From the NCBI GenBank assembly GCA_040371205.1, contig AP031382.1, forward strand, positions 987,562-1,051,561: DNA of 64,000 bases, in the 5' to 3' direction. Within the stretch, counting starts at the first letter, position 1; each line of letters starts with the position of its first letter. The position numbers and the translations under genes were made by a program. Below, one piece after another: positions 41,849 to 52,354 of this stretch. The notes under the pieces were generated by a model. That model was not told the origin of the DNA and searched no databases. It saw only the letters and a list, made by a program, of their open reading frames with translations. This DNA is from Rhodanobacter sp. (GTDB lineage: Bacteria > Pseudomonadota > Gammaproteobacteria > Xanthomonadales > Rhodanobacteraceae).

Positions 41849-43206
41849 GGCGTGGGGTTTTCCGGGGTGGCGGCGGCTTGCCAGTCCAGCGAGGCATGCA
41901 GACGCTGCTGCGGATCGAGCCGGAAGTCCAGCGCGATGCCCAATGCCCGTGCGGCGGCATTGGCCAGCGCGAGGCCCAGGCCGGCATGGTTGGCATGCGG
42001 CAGCTGCTTGCGCCAGAAGCGCGTGCCGAAGCGGACGAGGTCGGCATCGGCAAGGCCGGGTGCGGCATTGTCGATGGCCAGGCCGCGCGCATCGACGGAC
42101 AGCCGCACGGTGTCGCCCGCGGGCGCGTAGGCGCAGGCGTTGCCGAGCAGGTTGCCGACGATCACTTCGAGCAGGGCGGGGTCGGTGCGCAGCGCGGCGG
42201 GCGGCGTGCCCTCCATCGCCAGCGCGATGCCGCGTGCGGCGGCGCTGGGCTGCTGGCGTTGCAGCTGGCGTTCGATCCACGGCGCCGTCGCCAGCGACTG
42301 CCATTGCGGTTGTTCCAGCCCGGATTCCAGCCGGGTGAGCAGCAGCAGGGCGGTGACGGTGGCCTCCAGCTCCGCGCCGATGCTGCCGATCTCGGCGAGC
42401 AGGTCGGGCAGGCTGCGGCCGCTCGGATAGCGCGCTTCCACCTCGGCCAGCACGCGCAGTTCGGCGAGGCGCGTGCGGGTCTCGTGGGCCAGGCCGCTGG
42501 CGAACTGGCGCTCGCGCGCCAGGCCCTCGTCCATGCGGGCCAGCACGTCGTTGAAGCGCGCCACCAGCGGATCGAGTTCGCGCAGCCCGATCGGCGCGAG
42601 ACGCTGGCCGGGCGCATGCGGGCCGATGCCGCGCATGCGCTCGACCAGGGCGCCCATCGGACGCAGGCCGCGATGCACGACCAGCGGCACGGCGATCAGC
42701 GCGACGGCGGCGGCGAGCAGGGGGCCCAGCGCGAGGATCCAGTCGATCGCCAGCATCAGCTCGTCGAGCGAGTGGCGGTCCTGCACGAACAGCAGGCGAC
42801 AGCCCGCGGACGGAGCGCCGCCGGAGCGGGCGAGCTCCAGCCGCACCGTTTCCAGGTGGTGCGCCAGCCGGGCGTAGCGCGGTCTGGCATCCACGTCGTC
42901 GGGCCAGCCGCGGGGCACGGCCGGCGGCGGCGGATCGCTGCGCTGCGGCGGGTAGCCCTGGCAACGCAGTTCGTACCAGGTGCCGTCGCCGGCCGGGCTC
43001 GCGGCGCCGTGCGGGGGCGGCGCGGGTTGTTCGCGCGCGAGCATGTCGCCCAGTTCGCGCGCCTGCTCGAGCAGGCTGCGGCGGGAGCGGTTGGCAAGCT
43101 CGTGGTCGATGCGCCAGTCCATCAGCTTCGCGCCGCCGCCCAGCACCAGCAGGCAGACCACGGCCAGCAGCACGGTGACGCGGGCGGAAAGCGAGGCGGG
43201 CTTCAC
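41845..43206 (-). CDS. Sensor histidine kinase (OmpR-partner type, with periplasmic domain, HAMP, HisKA and HATPase). It is probably the CzcS/CusS-like kinase.
   Basis: A GTG start overlaps the response-regulator stop (GTGA). TM1 is VTVLLAVVCLLVL, followed by a periplasmic domain and TM2. The H-box is ASGLAHETRTRLA and the G-boxes are GLGLALA. Confidence 0.8.
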   Translation of the reverse strand: MKPASLSARVTVLLAVVCLLVLGGGAKLMDWRIDHELANRSRRSLLEQARELGDMLAREQPAPPPHGAASPAGDGTWYELRCQGYPPQRSDPPPPAVPRGWPDDVDARPRYARLAHHLETVRLELARSGGAPSAGCRLLFVQDRHSLDELMLAIDWILALGPLLAAAVALIAVPLVVHRGLRPMGALVERMRGIGPHAPGQRLAPIGLRELDPLVARFNDVLARMDEGLARERQFASGLAHETRTRLAELRVLAEVEARYPSGRSLPDLLAEIGSIGAELEATVTALLLLTRLESGLEQPQWQSLATAPWIERQLQRQQPSAAARGIALAMEGTPPAALRTDPALLEVIVGNLLGNACAYAPAGDTVRLSVDARGLAIDNAAPGLADADLVRFGTRFWRKQLPHANHAGLGLALANAAARALGIALDFRLDPQQRLHASLDWQAAATPENPTP

Positions 43207-43868
43207 GGGATCAGGTAGCCCGCGCCGCGCCGCGTCTCGACCAGGCCGGACAGTCCGGCGCCCTCCAGCTTGCGGCGCAAGCCGAACACCAGCACTTCCA
43301 CGCTGCGGTCCGAGACCTCGCTGTCGCTGCCGGCGGTGCGGTCGAGGATTTCCTGGCGGCTGAAGGCGCGGCCGCGATGGCGCAGCAGCAGGCCGAGTAC
43401 GGCGAATTCGCGCGGCGTCAGCGCCAGCGGGCGCCCCTTGACCGTGGCGCTGTGCGAACGCGGGTCCAGCCGCAGCGGGCCGTGGCTGAGCACGTCGGGC
43501 TGGGCCTGCTGCGGGCGGCGCGACAGCGCGTGCAGGCGCGCCACCAGTTCGTCGAAGGCGAACGGCTTGACCAGGTAGTCGTCGGCGCCGGCATTCAGCG
43601 CCTCGATGCGGTCGGCCACCTGGTCGCGGGCGGACAGCACCAGCACGCGCGGGCGCCGGCCGCCGGCGGGCAGGCTGCGCAGCACGCCGATGCCGTCCAG
43701 CCGCGGCAGCATCAGGTCCAGCACCACCAGGTCGTAGTCGTACCCGGCCAGGAAGCCGCAGGCCGCCACGCCGTCGCCGGCCGCGTCCACCGTGAAACCG
43801 GCGCCCTGCAGGCCGTGGCGCAGGGTCTGGCGCAGGCGTTCGGAGTCTTCCACCAAGAGCAATTTCAT
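43203..43868 (-). CDS. OmpR-family response regulator.
   Basis: The start MKLLLVEDSERL gives a receiver domain. The C-terminal winged helix ends ...LVETRRGAGYLI. The listed 2034-aa ORF in this frame is otherwise antisense read-through. Confidence 0.9.
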   Translation of the reverse strand: MKLLLVEDSERLRQTLRHGLQGAGFTVDAAGDGVAACGFLAGYDYDLVVLDLMLPRLDGIGVLRSLPAGGRRPRVLVLSARDQVADRIEALNAGADDYLVKPFAFDELVARLHALSRRPQQAQPDVLSHGPLRLDPRSHSATVKGRPLALTPREFAVLGLLLRHRGRAFSRQEILDRTAGSDSEVSDRSVEVLVFGLRRKLEGAGLSGLVETRRGAGYLIP

Positions 43869-44015
43869 GCCGGATCGGTTGTCCAAGCCAGGTCGGGTCG
43901 TTCCATTGTCGCCGTTTGGGCTTAGCAAAACACACGGTCTTTTGCACCCTGCGCCGCGCATCGACAGCTGCAGCGGCCAGCCGCTATAAAGGCCGTCTAT
44001 CCGGGGAGTTGCGCA

Positions 44016-45494
44016 GTGAGCGAAGAGATCCTGATCAACGTGACCCCGCGCGAGACGCGGGTGGGCGTGGTCGAGAACGGCATGTTGCAGGAGGTGCATG
44101 TCGAACGCGCCTCGAAACGCGGCTACGTGGGCAACATCTACAAGGGCCGGGTGCAGCGGGTGATGCCGGGCATGCAGGCCGCGTTCGTGGAGATCGGGCT
44201 GGACCGCGCGGCCTTCCTGCACGCCTCGGACATCGTGCGTCCGGCCCTGCCGGAAGGCGCCGAAGGCAACGGCCACGGCAACGGCCACATGCCGTCGATC
44301 AGCGAACTGGTGCACGAAGGGCAGGAAGTCGTCGTGCAGGTGGTGAAGGACCCGATCGGCAGCAAGGGCGCGCGCCTGTCGGCGCACCTGTCGATCCCTT
44401 CGCGCTACCTGGTGCTGCTGCCGTATGCGCACACCATGGGCATTTCCGCGCGCATCGAGGACGAAACCGAGCGCACGCGCCTGCGCGAGGTGATGGGCAG
44501 CCTGGTCGGCGAGAACCCGCTGGGCTACATCGTGCGCACCAACGCGGAGGGGCAGAGCGCCGAGTCGCTGGCCTTCGACGTGACCTACCTCGGCAAGGTC
44601 TGGCGCGTGGTGCAGGAGAACATCGCCAGGACCAAGGTGGGCGAGCGCGTCTACGAGGAACTCTCGCTGCCGCTGCGCAGCCTGCGCGACATGCTCACCG
44701 ACGACATCGAGAAGGTGCGCGTGGACTCGCGCGAGACCTTCGAGAAGGTCGTGAAGTTCGTGCACAAGTTCATGCCCAGCCTGGACGACCGGGTGGAGCA
44801 CTACGACGGCGAGCGGCCGATCTTCGACCTGTACAGCGTGGAGGACGAGATCCAGCACGCGCTGAAGAAGGAGGTGCCGCTGAAGTCGGGCGGCTACCTG
44901 GTGGTGGACCAGACCGAGGCGATGACCACCATCGACGTCAACACCGGCGCCTACCTCGGCACGCGCAACCTGGAGGAAACCGTCTACCGCACCAACCTGG
45001 AGGCGGCACAGGCGGCGGCGCGGCAGCTCAGGCTGCGCAACCTCGGCGGCATCATCATCATCGACTTCATCGACATGGTGGACGAGGAACACAAGCGCCA
45101 GGTGCTGCGCATGCTGTCCAAGGGGCTGGCGCGCGACCACGCCAAGACCACGGTGTACCCGATGTCCTCGCTGGGCCTGGTCGAGATGACCCGCAAGCGC
45201 ACCACCGAGAGCCTGGAACGCCAGCTGTGCGAACCGTGCCCGGCCTGCGGCGGGCGCGGCACGCTGAAGACCGCCGAGACGGTGACCTACGAGATCTTCC
45301 GCGAGATCACCCGCGCGGTGCGCCAGTTCAACGCCGAGAAGCTGCTGGTGATGGCCAGCCCCGCCGTGGTCGGCCGCATCCTCGAGGAGGAGTCCGCCGC
45401 GGTGGCCGAACTGGAGGAGTTCATCTCCAAGAGCATACGCTTCCAGGCCGAGGAACATTATTCGCAGGAACAGTTTGATGTGGTGCTGCTGTAA
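44016..45494 (+). CDS. rng: Ribonuclease G (RNase E/G family).
   Basis: It is 492 aa with an S1 domain (GNIYKGRVQRVMPGMQAAFVEIG) and an RNase E/G catalytic core. Confidence 0.9.
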   Translation: MSEEILINVTPRETRVGVVENGMLQEVHVERASKRGYVGNIYKGRVQRVMPGMQAAFVEIGLDRAAFLHASDIVRPALPEGAEGNGHGNGHMPSISELVHEGQEVVVQVVKDPIGSKGARLSAHLSIPSRYLVLLPYAHTMGISARIEDETERTRLREVMGSLVGENPLGYIVRTNAEGQSAESLAFDVTYLGKVWRVVQENIARTKVGERVYEELSLPLRSLRDMLTDDIEKVRVDSRETFEKVVKFVHKFMPSLDDRVEHYDGERPIFDLYSVEDEIQHALKKEVPLKSGGYLVVDQTEAMTTIDVNTGAYLGTRNLEETVYRTNLEAAQAAARQLRLRNLGGIIIIDFIDMVDEEHKRQVLRMLSKGLARDHAKTTVYPMSSLGLVEMTRKRTTESLERQLCEPCPACGGRGTLKTAETVTYEIFREITRAVRQFNAEKLLVMASPAVVGRILEEESAAVAELEEFISKSIRFQAEEHYSQEQFDVVLL

Positions 45495-45521
45495 CCCGGC
45501 CGCCGTGGCGGCCGCACCCCG

Positions 45522-48500
45522 ATGAGCGCCGGCTGGCCACGGCGGCTGCACATCGCCGCACGCGTGCTGGGCTGGACCGCGGGCGTCGCGGTGATCGCGC
45601 TGGCCGTATTGATGGCGCTGGCGCAGCTGCTGGTGCCGATGGTGGCGCGGCATCCCGAATGGGTGGCGCGCGAGCTGTCGGAGAAGCTGGAGCGGCCGGT
45701 CAGTTTCGGTTCGCTGAAAAGCGAATGGAGCGGTTCCGGCCCGCTGTTCGTGCTGCGCGACGTCACCGTGGGCGTGCCGCCCGGCGGCAAGGGCGAGCCG
45801 GTGCATGTCCCGGAGTCCGAGCTGCTGATCGACTTCGGCGGCTGGCTGCCGACGCGGCACCTGCTGAACCTGCGCACGCGCGGACTGCAGCTCGACCTCA
45901 GCCGCGACAAGGACGGCCGCTGGCACATCAACGGCCTCGGCACCGGCGGCAGCTCGCAGCAGCCCGGCTTCGGCAGGCTGTCGATCGAACTGTGGCTGGA
46001 CGACCTGCGGTTGAACGTCGTCGATGAAACCAGCCACCGGCAATACAGCCTGATCGCCGACCAGTTGCGCATCAGCCGGCAGGGCCGCCGCATCCGCGTA
46101 GGCGCCCGGCTGCGCCGCGAAGGGGCGCCCGGCGTGTTGCGTGGGGCGGGCAGTTTCCGGGACGACGGCAGCAGCGGGCGCTTGTGGCTGTCCGGGCAGA
46201 AGCTCGACCTCGCCGCGCTGTTCGCCGGCATGGACCTGGGTGGCTACAGCGTGCGGGGCGGCCACGGCAACGTGGCGGTATGGCTGGACTGGAAGCGGGG
46301 CCGGGTGGTGCGCAACGTCAGCCGCTTCGACCTCGACGACGTGCGTATCGACGGCGCGAACGGGGCCGCCGAGGTGCCGGCCTTGCACGGCGAGGCCGAG
46401 CTGCAGCGCGCCGCCGACGGCTTCGTGCTGCGCTGGGCCGGCGACGACCGCAGCGCGCTGGCGGTGTGGCTGCACGATCCCGGCACGCCGCGGTTGGCCG
46501 TGCAGGCGGCCGCGCGCAACCTGCAGATCGGGCCGCTGCTGCCCTGGCTGGGTCTCGCGCCGGGCGTGCCTCCCGCGCTGGCGAACTGGCTGGGCGCGGG
46601 CCACCCGCGCGGCCAGTTCGGCGACGCCTCGCTGGCCTGGTCGCAGGCTGCCGGGCTGAGCCGGCTGCAGGCCAGTTTCGATGGCCTGGCGATCGATCCG
46701 GTGGGCAGCTTGCCCGGCGTGGACGGCCTGGCCGGCACGCTGCGCGGCGACGGCGAGGCGGTGTCGCTGGAGCTGCCGGCGCAGGCCGCGACGGTACGCG
46801 CCACGCACGTATTTCGGCAGCCCTTCGTGATGTCGAAGCTGTCCGGCACGCTGGCGCTTTGGCATGCGGACGGCGACTGGCATCTCGGCATCGATCCGCT
46901 GGATTTCGAAGGGCAGGGCTACGGCGGGCAGGCGCGCGGCGAGATGCGCCTGCACGATGCCGGCGGCCCGCCCTTCCTCAACCTCTACGCCAGCGTGACG
47001 CATGGCGACGTCACCGCCGCCAAGCTGTTCTGGCCGGTCAACGTGATGCCGGCGCCCACCGTGGCGTGGCTGGACCGCGCGCTGGTGAGCGGCCGCATCG
47101 ACCATGCCGAGGCGCTGGTGCGCGGCGACCTCAAGGACTGGCCGTTCCACCACAACGAAGGCCGTTTCGAGGCGCGCGCCGAGATCAGCGACCTCGACTT
47201 CCGCTACGCGCCCGACTGGCCCGATGCCACCGGCGTCCACGCCATCGCCAGCTTCATCGACAGCGGCATGCTGGTGCAGGCCGACACCGGCCAGGCGCAG
47301 GACGTGAAGCTGGTGCGGGCGGTGGCGCTGATTCCCGAATTCGCCAACGGCACGCTGGATCTCAACGTCGACGGCAACGGCAGCGCGGCGAACCTGCTCG
47401 GCTTCGTGGTGAAGAGTCCGATCGCCAGCCGGCAGGCCGACCAGCTCGCCAAGCTCAAGCTGGGCGGCAGCGGCAGCTTCGATTTCCATCTTTCGCTGCC
47501 GCTGGGTGCGCCGCAGAGTTTCCTGCTGGCCGGCAACGCCCAGCTCAAGGACGTGGACGCCAGCGATGCGGACTGGAACCTGCAGCTCGACCAGCTCAAC
47601 GGCCCGGCCACGTTCGACGGCAAGGGCTTTCACGCCGGCCCGCTGAGCGGCGGTTTTCATGGCCGGCCGGCTTCGCTCGACCTCGCCATCGGCGGCGCCA
47701 CCGGCGACCCGGACACCGTGCTGGCGGCCAAGCTGAGCGGCAGCTTCAGCCTGGCCGACCTCACCCTCGGCTACCCGTCGCTGGACTGGCTGGCCCCGCT
47801 GGGCAAGGGCCGCAGCGCCTTCGACATCGGCTTCAAGCTCGCCGCGCCGGCAGGCGGCGGTGCGTCGGCGCAGACCCTCAGCATCGACTCCAGCCTGGCC
47901 GGCATGGCGCTGGACGTACCGGTGCCGCTGAAAAAGGCCGCCGCGAGCGAACTGCCGCTGCATGTGGCGATGGCCTTGCCGTTGAGCGGTGCCGACCTCA
48001 AGCTGGCGCTGGGCGAACAGGCGCGCGGCCACCTGCGCCTGGCCGACGGCGACAAGCCGCTGGCCGGCACCCTGGCGTTCGGCGCGCAGATGCCCGAGGA
48101 ACTGCCTGCGCAGGGGTTGCGCATCCGCGGCCATGCGTCCGCGCTGGACGTCACCGGCTGGGTGCAGCAGGCCGTCGCGCTCGCCGCCGGCAGCAGTGCT
48201 GGCGGCAGCGGCGGTCCCGCGCTGGAAAGCGTCGACGTGGGCACCGACCGCGCCGAATGGTTCGGCCGTCCGCTCGGCGCGATGACCCTGCAGGCCGTTC
48301 CGGCCGCCGACAACCTGCAGGTGGACGTGAGCGGCGCCGCCATGGCCGGCCGTTTCAGCATCCCCAACGCGGAGCTGGACAAGCGCGGCATCACCGCGCG
48401 CCTCAGCCACCTGTACTGGCCCGGCAACCCGACCGCGCCCACCGGCAAGGCGGCCGCCGCGCAGCCGCAGGACAACCCGGCCAACACCGGCATCAACCCC

Positions 48501-49436
48501 GCCGCGCTGCCGCCGTTCCACCTGTGGGTGGGCGATCTCCGCTTCGGCGACGCCAAGCTGGGCGAGGCGCGGCTGGAGACCTGGCCGACCGCGCAGGGCA
48601 TGCACATCGACCAGTTGCGCGCGCTGTCGCCCAGCGTGCAGATCACCGGCAGCGGCGACTGGAACGGCACGCCCGCCGACAGCCACACCCGCATGCGCAT
48701 CGGTTTCGCCGCCGACGACCTCGGCAAGATGCTCACCGCGTTCGGATACAACGGCCTGGTCAACGGCGGCAAGACCAGCGACCAACTGGACGCCAGCTGG
48801 CCCGGTGCGCCCTCCGCATTCAGCCTCGCCAATGCCGACGGCACGCTGGCCATCGACGTCAGCGACGGCCGTATTCCGGACCTGCCGCCCGGCGTGGGCC
48901 GCCTGTTCGGCCTGGTCTCGCTGACCGAGCTGCCGCGCCGCCTCACGCTGGATTTCGGCGACGTGTTCGGCAAGGGCCTGGGCTTTGACTCGATCAAGGG
49001 CGACTTCCGCCTCGCCGACGGCAACGCCACCACCAACGACCTGATGATCAAGGGGCCGGCCGCGCAGATCAGCATCACCGGCCGCACCGGCCTGCGCGCC
49101 AAGGACTACGACCAGTACGTGCAGGTGATTCCGCACATCGGCAACAGCCTGCCGGTGATCGGCGCCGTGGTGGGCGGCCCGGTCGGTGCCGCCGCCGGCC
49201 TGGCCGTGCAGGGCTTGCTGGGCAAGGGTCTCAACAAGACCGCCAGCGCGCGCTACCACGTCACCGGCAGCTGGGACAAACCGGTGATGACCCTGGTGGA
49301 GAAGCATGAAGTGCCGGCCGCCCCGGCCACGGTCACCGAGCCGCCTTTACTGCCTGCCGCACCGTCGCCCAGACCGGCCGTCACCGTGCCGTTGCGCAGC
49401 GAGGCGCCGGCGGCGGCATCCTCGGCGGGGCGCTGA
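45522..49436 (+). CDS. yhdP: YhdP-family (AsmA-like) inner-membrane-anchored giant protein.
   Basis: It is 1304 aa with a single N-terminal TM segment. Its position downstream of rng matches the E. coli rng-yhdP-tldD arrangement. Confidence 0.8.
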   Translation: MSAGWPRRLHIAARVLGWTAGVAVIALAVLMALAQLLVPMVARHPEWVARELSEKLERPVSFGSLKSEWSGSGPLFVLRDVTVGVPPGGKGEPVHVPESELLIDFGGWLPTRHLLNLRTRGLQLDLSRDKDGRWHINGLGTGGSSQQPGFGRLSIELWLDDLRLNVVDETSHRQYSLIADQLRISRQGRRIRVGARLRREGAPGVLRGAGSFRDDGSSGRLWLSGQKLDLAALFAGMDLGGYSVRGGHGNVAVWLDWKRGRVVRNVSRFDLDDVRIDGANGAAEVPALHGEAELQRAADGFVLRWAGDDRSALAVWLHDPGTPRLAVQAAARNLQIGPLLPWLGLAPGVPPALANWLGAGHPRGQFGDASLAWSQAAGLSRLQASFDGLAIDPVGSLPGVDGLAGTLRGDGEAVSLELPAQAATVRATHVFRQPFVMSKLSGTLALWHADGDWHLGIDPLDFEGQGYGGQARGEMRLHDAGGPPFLNLYASVTHGDVTAAKLFWPVNVMPAPTVAWLDRALVSGRIDHAEALVRGDLKDWPFHHNEGRFEARAEISDLDFRYAPDWPDATGVHAIASFIDSGMLVQADTGQAQDVKLVRAVALIPEFANGTLDLNVDGNGSAANLLGFVVKSPIASRQADQLAKLKLGGSGSFDFHLSLPLGAPQSFLLAGNAQLKDVDASDADWNLQLDQLNGPATFDGKGFHAGPLSGGFHGRPASLDLAIGGATGDPDTVLAAKLSGSFSLADLTLGYPSLDWLAPLGKGRSAFDIGFKLAAPAGGGASAQTLSIDSSLAGMALDVPVPLKKAAASELPLHVAMALPLSGADLKLALGEQARGHLRLADGDKPLAGTLAFGAQMPEELPAQGLRIRGHASALDVTGWVQQAVALAAGSSAGGSGGPALESVDVGTDRAEWFGRPLGAMTLQAVPAADNLQVDVSGAAMAGRFSIPNAELDKRGITARLSHLYWPGNPTAPTGKAAAAQPQDNPANTGINPAALPPFHLWVGDLRFGDAKLGEARLETWPTAQGMHIDQLRALSPSVQITGSGDWNGTPADSHTRMRIGFAADDLGKMLTAFGYNGLVNGGKTSDQLDASWPGAPSAFSLANADGTLAIDVSDGRIPDLPPGVGRLFGLVSLTELPRRLTLDFGDVFGKGLGFDSIKGDFRLADGNATTNDLMIKGPAAQISITGRTGLRAKDYDQYVQVIPHIGNSLPVIGAVVGGPVGAAAGLAVQGLLGKGLNKTASARYHVTGSWDKPVMTLVEKHEVPAAPATVTEPPLLPAAPSPRPAVTVPLRSEAPAAASSAGR

Positions 49437-49501
49437 CGCGGCTTTGATTTCGCGCGCGGCGCCCCCATCCTCTCCACTCTCACCATCATCGACCGAACAC
49501 C

Positions 49502-50941
49502 ATGGATTCCCTGATCGCCCAGGCCCAGAGCCGGCTGCTCACCCCCGGCGGACTCGCCACCGGCGACCTCGAGCGCGTGTTCGCGCAGCTGATGGGGCCG
49601 TCCATCGACGCTGCCGACCTCTACTTCCAGCACTCGCGCAGCGAGTCGTGGACGCTGGAGGAGGGCATCGTCAAGGACGGCAGCCACTCCATCGAGCAGG
49701 GCGTGGGCGTGCGCGCGATCTCCGGCGAGAAGACCGGCTTCGCCTATTCCGACGAGATCGTGCTGCCGCAGCTGCTGGAAGCCTCGAAGGCCGCGCGCGC
49801 CATCGCGCAGGACGGCCGCGGCGCCGGCCAGCCGCTGGCGCTGGGCAACGCGCGCCAGCTGTATCCCGCCATCGACCCGGTGGAAAGCCTGCCCAACCCG
49901 GACAAGATCGCCCTGCTGCGCGAGGTGGATGCCTACGCGCGCTCGCGCGACCCGCGCATCACCCAGGTCATCGTGAGCATGGCCGCCACCATCGACACCG
50001 TGCTGATCGCCGCCTCCGACGGCACGCTGGCCGCCGACGTGCGGCCGCTGGTGCGCCTCAACGTGCAGGTGATCGCCGAGGCCAACGGCCGCCGCGAGCA
50101 GGGCTATGCCGGCGGCGGCGGCCGCTACGGCTACCGCGAGCTGATCGAGAACGGCCGCGCGCTGGCCTTCGCCGACGAGGCGATACGCCAGGCGCTGGTG
50201 AACCTGGATTCCATCGACGCACCCGCCGGCCAGATGACCGTGGTGCTCGGCCCCGGCTGGCCCGGCGTGCTGCTGCACGAGGCCATCGGCCACGGCCTGG
50301 AGGGCGACTTCAACCGCAAGGGCAGCTCGGCCTTCGCCGGCCGGTTGGGCCAGCGCGTCGCCGCGCCCGGAGTCACCGTGGTGGACGACGGCACGCTGCC
50401 CGGCCGCCGCGGCTCGCTCAGCGTGGACGACGAGGGCACGCCGACCGAATGCACCGTGCTGATCGAGGACGGCATCCTCAAGGGCTACATGCAGGACAAG
50501 CTCAACGCGCGCCTGATGGGCATGGCGCCCACCGGCAACGGCCGCCGCGAATCCTTCACCGCACTGCCGATGCCGCGCATGACCAACACCTACATGCGCA
50601 GCGGCAACCACGATCCCGAGGAAATCATCCGCTCGGTCAAGAAAGGCCTCTACGCGCCCAACTTCGGCGGCGGCCAGGTCGACATCACCAACGGCAAGTT
50701 CGTGTTCTCCGCCAGCGAGGCCTACCTGATCGAGGACGGCAAGATCACCGCCCCGGTGAAGGGTGCCACCCTGATCGGCAGCGGCCCCGACGTGCTCACC
50801 CGCGTCTCCATGATCGGCAACGACATGAAACTCGACGAAGGCGTGGGCGTGTGCGGCAAGGACGGCCAGAGCGTGCCGGTGGGCGTGGGCCAGCCGACGT
50901 TGAAGATCGACGCGATGACGGTGGGCGGGACCGTCTCCTGA
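49502..50941 (+). CDS. tldD: Metalloprotease TldD.
   Basis: It is 479 aa with the HExxxGH-type motif ([12 protein letters not shown]) and conserved synteny. Confidence 0.9.
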   Translation: MDSLIAQAQSRLLTPGGLATGDLERVFAQLMGPSIDAADLYFQHSRSESWTLEEGIVKDGSHSIEQGVGVRAISGEKTGFAYSDEIVLPQLLEASKAARAIAQDGRGAGQPLALGNARQLYPAIDPVESLPNPDKIALLREVDAYARSRDPRITQVIVSMAATIDTVLIAASDGTLAADVRPLVRLNVQVIAEANGRREQGYAGGGGRYGYRELIENGRALAFADEAIRQALVNLDSIDAPAGQMTVVLGPGWPGVLLHEAIGHGLEGDFNRKGSSAFAGRLGQRVAAPGVTVVDDGTLPGRRGSLSVDDEGTPTECTVLIEDGILKGYMQDKLNARLMGMAPTGNGRRESFTALPMPRMTNTYMRSGNHDPEEIIRSVKKGLYAPNFGGGQVDITNGKFVFSASEAYLIEDGKITAPVKGATLIGSGPDVLTRVSMIGNDMKLDEGVGVCGKDGQSVPVGVGQPTLKIDAMTVGGTVS

Positions 50942-51029
50942 TTCCGCACGCGCGGGTAGCGGGCATTCGTCGCGCCGACATCACTGGGCGATTATCCGCG
51001 CTGTGCTTTTGAACGTCCCGTGGAGAGGG

Positions 51030-51905
51030 CTAGAGCTCAGAATCATCCGCGTAAAGTCTCTGGTACATGACCATCGCCGCCGAAAGGCCCAGAGCGATGA
51101 ACGCGGTCATCAGCACCAAGTTTCGTCTGGCGACGCCCAGGTTCCAGCCCTGTGCCACCGGCAAGGGCGGGCCGATCACCGGTGGCGGCAACACCGGCGG
51201 CACGATCACGGGCGGGCCGCCGCCCAGAACCGCCGCAACTACCGGAACTGCTGCCGCAGCCAGATGCAAGTCGCCGATGCTCTGCCCGTGCCAGTTGAAA
51301 GCTGCGTTCAACTCGTTGGCCACCATCGCACGCAGCGGCGGCGCCACGAACCCTGCAGCGATCTGATGCCAGGCGCCGCCTTGATGTACCCGGAAAATTC
51401 CTGCCAGCTGCGCCATCCGCGGTGGCCCGTACCAACCCGCCGGCGGAATGAGTGGACTGGGTCCCAATGCGGCTGCGACATTGACTTCCGCGATCGCCTG
51501 AACCTGCGAATGTTCCTGATCCAGTGGCGTATTGGCGCCGATGTTCAGATTGATGTCGTTAACCAACTGGTTCAGATCGGCGAGCGCGGCCAGTTTCACG
51601 TAGAGCGTGGAGAAGGCCGGACGGTTGATCAAATGGGTGTTGGTGATGTGGTAAGTCGCCACCGTCAGCGGTAGCGCAAGATCAATACCGGTTTCTTCAA
51701 GAAACTCCCGTTCGGCCGCAGCCTGCGGGGCTTCGCCAGCATTGATCTGCCCACCCGGAAAGCATGCCTGGCCGGCGCCGTGCAGCAGCACCGGGGGCGC
51801 AACGGCTGCGCCATTAAAGCGGGAGCCTGTGAAGTGTTTGGTTGCCAGGAGCACCTGACGCGCAGCAGCGTTGTCGCACCAGACAACCGTGTAAGCGTAA
51901 GGCAT
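51030..51905 (-). CDS. Nudix hydrolase fused to a Pro-rich linker and a C-terminal transmembrane anchor.
   Basis: The Nudix box is GGQINAGEAPQAAAEREFLEETGI. The C-terminus contains GGGPPVIVPPVLPPPVIGPPLP followed by LVLMTAFIALGLSAAMVMY. GGAG lies before the ATG. GC3 is clearly lower than in core genes. The upstream 50 codons of the listed ORF have even lower GC3 and were excluded. Confidence 0.65.
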   Translation of the reverse strand: MPYAYTVVWCDNAAARQVLLATKHFTGSRFNGAAVAPPVLLHGAGQACFPGGQINAGEAPQAAAEREFLEETGIDLALPLTVATYHITNTHLINRPAFSTLYVKLAALADLNQLVNDINLNIGANTPLDQEHSQVQAIAEVNVAAALGPSPLIPPAGWYGPPRMAQLAGIFRVHQGGAWHQIAAGFVAPPLRAMVANELNAAFNWHGQSIGDLHLAAAAVPVVAAVLGGGPPVIVPPVLPPPVIGPPLPVAQGWNLGVARRNLVLMTAFIALGLSAAMVMYQRLYADDSEL

Positions 51906-52354
51906 GACACACTCCTGGTCGCATTGAAAGCTGCGCTGGGGACAACACGGATCGTCCGGGTCTGGAGGCGGAACCACATCCAGCCGTGCCCCTTGTTCGG
52001 GGCAGTCAGCCCGCACATTTTCTTGGTGTCCGCCGTATTGAGAATGTGATGGCACCGAACAACAAGGATGGCTGCCTCCGGCTACCAGCGTAATCGCGGC
52101 GTGGGTCGACCCTGCTATCCCAAATCTACGCCCGATGATCGGGCAGCATTCGGTGGTGGCGAAGACATGGGTATTTGCTGCACGGGCGGGCGGGGTGTGC
52201 CGGTGCGAATAGACAGTTGGACGACGTCAAAGCTTGAGGCGATAACCCTGGTCAAGTACTGAGGCTTGCCTGACTGTACCGAGCGGCAGCATCAGCAAAC
52301 TTGTAAAATGCCCGCCTCGCATGGGCGCCCGGCCCGTCAAGGATTGCTGCTGAC

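Noticed and set aside
43203-49307. A 2034-aa minus-strand ORF in the track.
   Set aside because: Only the first 221 codons (43203-43868, the OmpR-type regulator) are real. The rest is antisense read-through across rng and yhdP, with Ala/Gly/Arg-rich translation.
51906-52354. An FMN riboswitch upstream of ribH.
   Set aside because: I looked for RFN-element conserved blocks and did not see them by eye. This remains unverified without a covariance-model scan.
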